Positions 55,601-64,000 of a stretch of DNA of 64,000 bases are shown one piece after another (the stretch's first letter is position 1; each line of letters begins with the position of its first letter). Below the pieces are notes generated by a model. It searched no databases. It worked only from the letters and a program-made list of their open reading frames with translations, and was not told where the DNA came from. The position numbers were made by a program, and so were the translations under genes. Source of the stretch: Tubulanus polymorphus (Eukaryota > Animalia > Nemertea); assembly GCF_964204645.1 (NCBI RefSeq), contig NC_134025.1, positions 22,486,299-22,550,298 on the forward strand, in the 5' to 3' direction.

Positions 55601-57514
55601 CATAGAACTCAAATCGCCTATCTTTGCAGCACAATTCTGTCAGCACAATTACAAAATATTGAAGAAAGGTTTAAAATATTTCATCAGAGAATCGTGACAT
55701 TTCGGCTGTAGTCTGCAGAATTATACTCATTATAATTTCTTCAAACTTCACTTCAACACTTCCATGATAATCAAGTCAGGGTTCATATAGCTTCGAATAA
55801 TCATTTATTAAATGATTAAGGTCTCCAAGATAGTAGTAAGGGTGAGGCAAAAGTAAAAATAAGCACATTTGTAAGGCAAAAGTGAGACTTTTCTTATCAT
55901 TCAAGACTGCAGCCATATTTATCAAAATAAAATAATTTTGGATACCAAAAGTCAAAATTAAGCACTTTTTTAAGGGTCTTAGCAATTCAGCAATTCAAAG
56001 CATTTTTGAGACTGCTTGTGAACCCTGTAAAAGGTTATCCTGGTATACAGTCTTCTTTTCGTTTTTAATTAATTCAATTAATTTCATTCTCATCGAACTG
56101 AGATTAATTCCGCATAGAGCATTGATTTAATTGTCAAAAGCGACACCTTATATACACGACAGATACCCGACAACCTAATTATATCGATGTAATCTCCGGA
56201 AGGAATCATCCAGATCACATGAGGAGATATTAATGAACTAAGGTGAATTCGACTGTAAACGCTATTCTTGTATACCAACCAAATTTCATTTCAATAAGTA
56301 CGTATCATATATATGCGTAACATAAGATCGCGATGCTAATATTTGACAAATTAACAAGCACTAATTCATCATTATCTAATTTATGTTAGTGAGTTGCCTT
56401 AAGTAACTTCATCACAACGGACATCATATATCTTAACTAAAGTGGTCGTCTGTAAACATAGACCTTCTTCATTGATGAACAATGATATGACAGCGGCGGA
56501 TCTAGGGGTTGGCGTGCACCCCCTTTTTGTGACCCATTCCAAGTGACCTTGGAATCCTCCCCCAAAAAAAAAAGAAAATGGTGAAATTGTGAGCATATTA
56601 CATTCCTAATTTCAACCAGGAAAGTGCTCAGAATGCACCTCAATGCACTCTTTGCCTGGATCGCTTGCAGTGATGGCGGCACCATCATTACGGACCACAA
56701 ACACATGCAAGTAGTGACCCGATATTCCATGTGCGACTCTCTTCCCAAAAGCTAGATCGATCCCTGTATAATGTGATATGATCACATGTTCAGCTGCCAA
56801 TGCTAAGAGTAAATCGGCGTCAAATTTTGTCTCCATAGTAGCCAAATTGTACCGGCCTAGCAGCAATTGGGTCAGTATCCCAGTTACATAGAGTCAAAAG
56901 AATGAGTTCATTTTCACCTTTACTCAGTTTTAAACTCATCATTGTGGTCAATGGCCAATGTCCTAATTTAACAGGGTGACTTCCCACTTCCAAACTATTT
57001 ACAAATTCCCCGGGAGTTTTCCCCGATTTTTCCATGTTAACACAAAATTCTCTGAATAAATCTGATGAATTTCAAAATCTTATAGGCTAATTAGTTCATT
57101 TCTAATGAATCACGTATTGATAAAGAAACACATGGTCGATGACATATCCAAATTCGCCGAGTTATGCAGGTTTTTTGGAAAATTGTCAAATCCCCTGAGT
57201 TTTCCTGATTTTGCCTAGATTTTTCCAGGTTTACCAGGTCAGTGGCCGCCCAGTTCAAGTAACATTATTTTCAAGGCGGTTAATGAAAAGATGACAGTCC
57301 AAGTATAGCGAGTTTGAGTGAGAAACGATTGTATGCGCAATGAACTATGCAGGATTAATTAATTCCAATAGCAGGTGCTTAAATACTTACCATCTCTAAG
57401 TATAATCCCTTCCTGCTTATTGCCAGCATGATCTCCAATTGTAGCGTTACTGACCACTTCGTGTCGCGTTTGTTTTGGAACGGGAGCCTGTTGGGCTTGA
57501 TGTTGAGCAGCCAT
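42225..57514 (-). CDS. CDK14: Cyclin-dependent kinase 14 (PFTAIRE kinase; Eip63E/PFTK1 family), 16 coding exons, 542 aa
   Basis: GT-AG exons, all phase-compatible, total 1629 nt: 57514-57391, 55353-55282, 53713-53673, 51162-50985, 49560-49388, 46781-46690, 45559-45480, 44939-44845, 44661-44599, 44192-44131, 44014-43953, 43845-43725, 43016-42859, 42787-42690, 42521-42431, 42343-42225. Motifs: [72 protein letters not shown]. Confidence 0.95.
43111..43395. mobile_element. piggyBac-like MITE, more degenerate copy (285 bp), inverted relative to its neighbour
   Basis: TTAA at 43107-43110 and 43396-43399. Reverse complement aligns with 43400-43684. Confidence 0.75.
43400..43684. mobile_element. piggyBac-like MITE (285 bp)
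   Basis: TTAA|CCCTTTCAGTGC ... GCACTGAAAGGG|TTAA: perfect 12-bp TIRs and TTAA TSD. Confidence 0.88.
44262..44527. mobile_element. hAT-like MITE, CAGGGTGGCCAC family (copy 2)
   Basis: cagggtggccactttcc ... ggtcagtggccgtcct; homologous to 27544-27798. Confidence 0.7.
47276..47440 (-). CDS. CDK14: Predicted alternative first coding exon of CDK14 (55-aa cysteine-string N-terminus)
   Basis: ATG 47440 with in-frame TGA upstream at 47453-47455. 165 nt open to an AAG|GTAAGA donor in phase 0, matching the phase-0 acceptor at 46781. Peptide [55 protein letters not shown]. Confidence 0.68.
49208..49326. mobile_element. Short hairpin MITE (~120 bp)
   Basis: ~40-bp TIRs GGGCTCAGTTTCATAGACTGGTATTAACTTTAACCCGGGGC / GCCCCGAGTTAAAGTTGATACCAGTCTATAAAAAACTGGCCCC. 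Confidence 0.75.
50092..50267. mobile_element. hAT-like MITE, CAGGGGCGGAT family
   Basis: CAGGGGTGGATCTAGG ... CCTAAATCCGCCCCTG. Confidence 0.7.
52757..52999 (-). CDS. Possible second alternative first coding exon of CDK14 (81 aa)
   Basis: ATG 52999 follows an in-frame TGA. 243 nt open to CGG|GTTAGA in phase 0, compatible with the phase-0 acceptor at 51162. CpG-rich; donor only moderate. Confidence 0.38.
53425..53512 (-). mobile_element. tRNA-derived SINE-like remnant
   Basis: A-box-like GGTCTAGTGTGG and B-box GGTTTGAATCC. Similar fragment at ~35743-35800 (+) shares ccatc.ggtt.gaatc...aggatgg. No cloverleaf. Confidence 0.4.
53840..54036. mobile_element. hAT-like MITE, CAGGGTGGCCAC family (copy 3, truncated)
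   Basis: Ends in caggtcagtggccaccctg; internal homology to 27544-27798. Confidence 0.65.
54041..54218. repeat. Tandem duplication of ~94 bp
   Basis: ttgca.tttga.aaaacctacaattttcga...ggcaggtggtggttgtgt.cgtacttata.ggagct at 54041 and 54135. Confidence 0.9.
56972..57252. mobile_element. hAT-like MITE, CAGGGTGGCCAC family (copy 4)
   Basis: cagggtgac ... ccaggtcagtggccgcccag; shares aatcacgta.tgataaagaaacac.tggtc with copy 1. Confidence 0.7.
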
Positions 57515-58465
57515 AGCGCATTCTTCATAAATCTAGTAAACTATTAAACATGTCTCATCATATAGGCCTAAGCTCACGGTCGATGTAGCTATGTTGCACA
57601 ATTGCAAATCAGATGACAATAGGCCTATATCTATTTGTGAAATATTTTGCTTTTCATTAGCCTAAGTAATTTCGATGCTATCAGATAACGTATCCCACCA
57701 ATTCGACTGCTAATCTTTTAGTTCACAAATGCAAATTCTTCTGCAGTCTTTCATAAGTCAGCTGTCAATGAGAGAAAATGTAAGCCTCAGCTTCAGTTTT
57801 GCAGGTTAATTTAGGGATGCCAGGGGTGTTGCCAGCCATCATGGGTGGTTCGTTTAAATTTGAAATGGGAAGTTTTAGCATTTGAATAGGGCCCAAGCCT
57901 ATATTAATTCTATTCCAAACGAAACAATAACATATGAAATGGCATCCATCACATGACGAAGGAGAAATTCACGTTCAAGTAGTCCTACTGCATTCTTTCC
58001 TTGAAACACTACATACTCTAGATCAATAAGTTAGTGACCTAATCATTGGGGCAAAGCTTTTTATAGTCAGATCGGTTCATTTGTGGAAATATCCAACTGT
58101 AAAACTAAATAAAACCACTAACAGGTTACTGATTAACACTAGGCTTGTACCTGGTAAAGTAGGCTTGTCTAGAAATAGGCCTACTATAATAATTTAGAGT
58201 ACCGGTATGGTTATTCTGATTAAGAAGGCATGATATTACAACAAGGGTGGGTTGATCAGGCCTGATGCCCTATGGTGCTGATCACTGTCGAATGTTGAAG
58301 TGATCAAAGATGGAATTAATTTGATTTTTTGAATGAATGCTGCAAGTGCAAGATCGATAGGGGCTTGGATTGAATGTCGTCAACAGAAAGTAGGCTCGAC
58401 ATTATAGCAGGTTACATTTAGGTGCAGTAGTTATCATGATGGTGTGTGATGGTTATCAAGCTTAC

Positions 58466-58814
58466 TTATTAAAATCTGGCTGGGCTCTAACGTAGAAATT
58501 TCAGATAATTCTTGTGCAGAATACTCTCGAGCTGTCATCTCGAGGATGACAGTTAATGTAGCGAACGTTTTATCAAGCGTAATTCACCACGCAAACTTAG
58601 CGAACGAAACGATCCTGGACTGTTTTCTGGAAGTTTTGCGTTGATATCGAACCTTCAAGGAATCAGATTTGATATTTTAGTTAATTCACATCCATTTTGA
58701 TATCAGGATGTATCATCTAGTGTTTGTGAATAGAAGTCGTATTTGCGTCGTTTCGCTTTTTCGCTTCTGCACAAACGTTATGGTCCGTCAATTTCACACC
58801 ACAGGCGCAGCTCT
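58466..58814. promoter_or_regulatory. Bidirectional promoter region of CDK14 and C1D, including the predicted CDK14 non-coding exon 1
   Basis: Minus-strand donor TAA|GTAAGC at 58466 lies 349 bp from the C1D ATG at 58815. The CDK14 ATG exon has an acceptor at 57532, implying an upstream exon. Confidence 0.6.
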
Positions 58815-60899
58815 ATGAAAATGGACTTCCCCGCAGAACTGAAAGATAAACTGGCTCAATTCGACGACACCCTGTCTCAATTAGATACTAATCTTCAGCC
58901 GCTACTAAATACCCCACTGACAGACTTACACGCGAAGGTATTTAACTAATTTTAAAGCAGCGTTGACGAGAAAATATGGTTTTCACGCCGAAGTTGCCGT
59001 GAGCTACGTCATCCCGGGATACCCTCGCCCGTGTTTGGGTTCGAATCCCAATTGCTGTACTCGTACTAAACTGTGTCCTATCTGAATTACTTTGTAGTAA
59101 CGGGGCCCTCTTCGCAATATTACAGATAAAGTAGACCTATAGTATCTGTCATTTCAGCCGTTGATATAAATGACAATATTGGTCTGCTCTAATTTAGCAG
59201 ACTCGGGCTAGTTTCAATAAATAAATCATGGGGGTTGGGGTGCAAGATAATCTTAGGGAACATTTTCAGCGCATGACATAAGAAAATGTAATGGATGTAA
59301 ACTGAGTGTTTCTGATAGTTTGGGGGGTGCGATTCAAGAATAGGGGACTTCAGCAATATATATGTAGTGATAGTAATCAATTAAGTAATAATATTAGTAA
59401 TCGATAATGATGATATATAATGATAGTAATGTATATAGTAATTAATGATGATTAGGGAACTAAACCTAACCCTAACCCTAATCCTAACCCTAATCCTAAC
59501 CACTAGTCCCCTATTCTTGAATCTTACCGTTTGGGGGGTAGGCCTAAAGCTTTTACTCGAAATGTTTTGTTGAAAAATATGTGTTTTGTTTTAATGAAAT
59601 AATTGTGGGTTAGGCTTTACCTATTAGTCAGTAACCTGTCTGTGGTTTAGTTTCATGGTCAAATATTTTCACAAACCACGTATTGGTTATAAGCCCATCC
59701 GATTACGAAAATTCTGCCACTTCAGCTGTCAGTACCAATTAGTAATTTGATCTTGCAGTGGCAAACTTTAGATTGGAATATGGAATTGTATCCAAATTAT
59801 CGATTGATCTGCCATTTCATTAAACTAATTAATTCTTACCTTTCACTGTAGGTAACACCTTTGGATGCTGCTAAAGTGGATCTGATAGCTGCCTATGCGT
59901 TAAATTCTCTCTTTTGGGGTAAGTGTGTTTTTGGAATACAACCAAATAACATTTAGGTTATGATCCACCATTTTGGCAACTTCACTCTTGCTTGATAAAA
60001 TGGGTATATTTTTCTGTTACGTTTTCATTTGTAGTTTATTTGAATACAAGGGGTGAAAATCCGAAAGAACATGGAATCAAGCAAGAACTTGTGAGTTTTG
60101 ACACGACGGAACATGCTAATAGGCCCTAGTATAACTATTGAAATTTTCAGACTAACATGAAACATTTTTTGCTCTTTTCTAGGATCGAATACGTAGCTAT
60201 ATGATGCGAACGAAGGAAATACAAGATAAAGAGAAGGCGCCGAAAGTTGACGCTCCAGCTGCAAAACGTTTTGTGAAGAGTGCTCTGTGGAAGGCTGCGC
60301 ACAAAGCTGCTAAACCTGATACGCTAGAAAATTCTCAAGGTAATTTTCGAAAATGATAGGAATTCTTATACGATGCCTGGTATTAGAGGCAACTAATTCC
60401 TCAGAACAAATAAGGCATTTAGATATGTTAATATGTTTTAGATATACCTAATTATTTTCTGCAAACGAATGAGCGGATACCGTACCATTAGTTCTTCAGG
60501 GGCAGATCTAGGGTCTGATTCAGGGAGGTGCGCACCCCTGGGCATAAATTTACCCCCATGTGTCTATCAACCTGTATTAATCCTTGCACTGAAACAACTC
60601 GGATCGGAATTAGTTAAGCTAAAAAAACCTTAATGTCCTATTTCATGTTTCTTCGTTTAGAAGATTCAAATTCAACTACTAGTCAGTGCAGTGGTGGGAA
60701 AAAAGAAACAGACACACAGATGATTGAGGAAAAATGTGATAAACCAGAAAAATTGACCAAGAAACCTGCAAATTCAAGTGGCAAATCTCGAGACACAAGA
60801 AAAGTAGGGGATAAACGAAAAATTGAAGAAAGAACAGAGATACCAGAAAAATCACAAAAGAAATCAAAGCCCAAAACTAAATCGAAATCTAAGAAATAA
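58815..60899 (+). CDS. C1D: Nuclear nucleic acid-binding protein C1D (Rrp47/Sas10 domain), 5 exons, 213 aa
   Basis: Exons 58815-58937, 59852-59918, 60035-60090, 60183-60339, 60661-60899 (642 nt, phases consistent). Protein contains [46 protein letters not shown]...[11 protein letters not shown], the C1D signature. AATAAA at 60930-60935. Confidence 0.93.
59326..59528. mobile_element. MITE with 8-bp TSD (Merlin-like GG..CC ends) containing telomere-type repeats
   Basis: 24-bp TIRs matching at 22 positions (GGTGCGATTCAAGAATAGGGGACT). GTTTGGGG duplicated at 59318-59325 and 59529-59536. (CCCTAA/TCCTAA)n at ~59460-59501. Confidence 0.85.
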
Positions 60900-61982
60900 C
60901 ATTTAAGATATATTTTCTATTGAAGGCGAAATAAATAGTTTTTCTGTATTTCATTTTGTTTGTCATTTAAAAACTTGCAATAAGGAATAGATTGAATGGT
61001 TTTGGCTAACTTCAGAAGGCATACCTTTATTTTAGAGTAATGTTTCTGCCAAGAGAATCTTCAGAAGAGGTATTGTCGGGTTCCTCGCTGCGTTCGCCTT
61101 AGATCTGATAGGGCCTCTTGACATGTTGGAAGAAAGTTTGTTTGATTTCAGCGTGCATCGATATAGTTAAACCTCGTTGATACGATTCTAAAGATGAAAC
61201 CCGCTTATTACGATGATTTACAGCATGTTGCAGCTACGATATCTGTATATCTATCAGGATTATCTGAAACCTGTTGAATACAACAATTTCATTGTTTCCC
61301 AAAAGACTCGTATAAACAAGGTTCCGCCGTACTATTCTCGCACTAAGAGTGAAATGACTTAAGGATTTTTTCACTGCATTGTTTTTGTCAAAGTCGAATG
61401 AACTCCCAGATGTAGCTTTGAATTTCCTCCATCAATACATGCTTCCAAAAATACCTTGGCTATTTCGGCAAAGGAATAAAACATTTGTACTTTCAAGTTA
61501 TCCATGGGGAATGAAGTGCAAATTTTAGTAGACCCCTTCCTTGTAGGGGAACTATTTGTGCCAAAAAGCGACCATAAACATGGAAAGAGATGACAACATG
61601 ATTGGAGAAAAATGTGAATTTCCATTTTATTAGAGGATTTTTCTTCCAAAAATCTGCGCTGACAAATAAATTAAATGATTAAGTGTATAGATGTACATAT
61701 CAAATATGTTTATGTATAACAAACGATGCATGATTATACAGATAATACACTATGCTTATACGCACCAACAAGGTTGGGAGTGGTAAAAATTAACCATTTG
61801 GACAAACAACCAACCTTATTCAAAGGAATGTTGAGCAATTTGATATCAATTTCCAAAGAATGAGCAAATTTTAGATCATGTCCATCCATTTTTTGGAGAT
61901 CGAAAACGACTGTAACCCTAATAGACACACATTGATCAAACCAAAACATGGCTTCATGACTACTCAAACATTCTTTTTACTG

Positions 61983-62246
61983 TCAATCTTCGAACTCGGT
62001 GTTAAGAATATACCATGAACAACTTTCAAGGACTGAAACATAAAACTAAAACACATTATTTATCTCTGGAATCCTGCCCGTGTAAACCCAATCCATTAAA
62101 AAGTCAACTCTGTTTAGTATAAGATTAAGATTTATCTCCAGCTTCTGCATACAACTTACTGTCTGTATGTATTGGCAGACTTGTTATAACATACAACAGA
62201 CGGATGTCGCCCATAGCTGCCAAAGAAGTTTTATACACATCTCTAC
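61983..62246 (-). CDS. Last two coding exons of an unidentified gene whose 5' part probably lies beyond the window
   Basis: Exons 62246-62160 (tgtag| ... |gtaagt) and 62032-61983 (tttcag| ... TGA) join in frame: RDVYKTSLAAMGDIRLLYVITSLPIHTDILESCSWYILNTEFED*. Minus-strand AATAAA candidates near 61626 and 61026. Confidence 0.6.
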
Positions 62247-62714
62247 CTACATGTATGGGGGAAAGGACTTAAATAAATGGGAAAAGGTAGATGCTTTCCA
62301 GATCAAACAATATTCATTGTAATAACTGATGAATCGCAGTACATAGCTTGATTTGTACTAATGTGTTCCTGATAAACATTCTTTGGCACACCCCAGTCAT
62401 TAAACACGCAAGCACATAAACTATAACGTAAAATTTTCAACTCGTATACTAAACTCTGAAGTTTTAGCAATATCAACAATACAAACAAGACAGCTTTTAG
62501 AAACTAAACTTGAAATACCGGCAAAGCGCAAACTATATCTTAGATCATCGAAATTTACACAGTAAAATTTGCTAACCTATTGAAACCAATAACCGGCATA
62601 CAAATACATAAATTTTCAGATACACACATAATAATAACACATATTGATCATGATGGTATTGAAACCATACTCATCATAAATCTATAACATAGACATCTTA
62701 GCACAGCTTTTTAC

Positions 62715-63896
62715 AAAACTAGTTTTCAATTGCATGTGTATGAGAAAACACCATGTGAATTAATACTAGGATTCCAGGTACACCATGCCCACTTGGGAAG
62801 TGGATTCAAATGCTCAACAGTCGAACAATTTCAATATTCAATGCCCCAAAAACCAATGACCTTGAAACTCACCACAATCATAGAACATGTCAGCAGCTAC
62901 GATTTAAAATTGATTGTGATAACAAAATATGCCTCGTTACCAATTCAATATGGAAATACTAACTTATTCTACTTTTCAACACCCCCTGGTAACCATATGC
63001 TAAACCAAATGACCTTGAAACTCAAGACAATCATAGAACATGTCATGAACTACAACTTTGCAATTGATCATGGTAACAAATTATGCCTAGGTACCAATAT
63101 AATAAGGATATACTAAGTGATTGTGGTAACAAAATATGCATAGGTATAAATATAATATAGAAATAATAAGTTATTGTATTATTCAACGCCCCCTGGTGGC
63201 CAGATACAAAAACCAATGACCTTGAAACTCGCCAAAATCATACAACACGTTATGAGCTACAACTTTTCAATTGATTCTTGCAACAAAATATGCTTAGGTA
63301 TCGATATGTGGAAAAACTTTTTCCCACCTACGAATGAGTACTGATGACACCAAGATGGCCGCCAATTGCGTCATAATTGGCTGATCAAAAATACCTGTCA
63401 GTGTCAGGTATCAAACATCCCTTTCCAAATTGCAATGAGAAATAGCAAACCAGTAGGAAGCTACAGGACTCAGAATTCGGATCAAAATTGACACTTTTGG
63501 GCACTAAAAAGGTCATAGGACGGCCATCTTGAGTCCGATCGACCCAATTTTTCTTACGCTGATGGGCCCTTGGGGGATTCAAATATATACGAAAGATCAA
63601 AGTAATTGATCAAAGCGTCTTCAAAATTTCCCTCAAAAAGTTCAAAAATGTGTAAAAAGTGCTGATTTTGACAAACAACAATGGCTGCCAGTCGGATACT
63701 GACAGAGCCAGTTTTTGGGCTGAAGATGTGTCTAGGGTAGATACATGTGTAACCCAAATATCAAGACATTACATTGAAGCGTCTTCAAAACTTCCCAAAA
63801 ACACTGGATTCCGTCTACGGACGGACGAACGGACGGACCACGGATGAAAAGTAAACGCAATAGCCCGCTGGGACTAAAGTCCCAAGTGGGCTAATA
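62715..63896 (-). mobile_element. Helentron-associated non-autonomous element (HINE / DINE-1-like)
   Basis: Terminal stem-loop AGCCCGCTGGGACT-AA-AGTCCCAAGTGGGCT (63862-63892), adjacent (ACGG)n tract (63817-63838), and internal tandem units starting aatgaccttgaaactc at 62855, 63008 and 63215. Left boundary approximate. Confidence 0.7.
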
Positions 63897-64000
63897 ATAG
63901 CAACTCAATATTTAAAAATACATTGTACAACTAATTCATTAATACTACTGCGTAATCCAGTCAATAAGGCTTATTACAGTATGCATAAATAACTTCAATC

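Noticed and set aside
59460-59501. Telomere or chromosome-fusion scar
   Set aside because: The array is short, single-orientation and enclosed by the TIRs and TSD of a MITE.
62730-63116. 128-aa ORF with an internal repeat
   Set aside because: It is a translation of the tandem units of the HINE-like element and has no Rep or helicase motifs.

Overview
This is animal genomic DNA: AT-rich, GT-AG introns, TTAGGG-type repeats, most consistent with a non-arthropod invertebrate. The species cannot be determined from the window. I could splice four protein-coding loci by hand. (1) An intronless Frizzled-1/2/7 receptor (31224-32960, -). (2) A PFTAIRE kinase, CDK14, with 16 coding exons (42225-57514, -, 542 aa), directly upstream of Frizzled on the same strand. 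This matches the vertebrate CDK14-FZD1 and CDK15-FZD7 pairs. (3) C1D/Rrp47 (58815-60899, +, 5 exons), head-to-head with CDK14. (4) The last two coding exons of an unidentified gene (61983-62246, -). The first 31 kb has no confident gene; it holds MITEs, an 843-bp polypurine tract, hairpins and possible non-coding exons. The most striking unexplained signal is a hidden alternative first exon inside CDK14 (47276-47440). It encodes a cysteine-string/polybasic N-terminus ([18 protein letters not shown]) that splices in frame onto the kinase domain, predicting a self-palmitoylating, membrane-anchored isoform next to a Wnt receptor gene. Other signals: stacked uORFs on both Wnt-related genes, predicted 3'UTR introns, a head-to-head MITE palindrome filling an intron, a MITE carrying telomeric repeats, and a HINE-like element carrying a near-consensus CTCF motif. 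Most ORFs in the supplied track are spurious. All gene models are manual and lack expression data.
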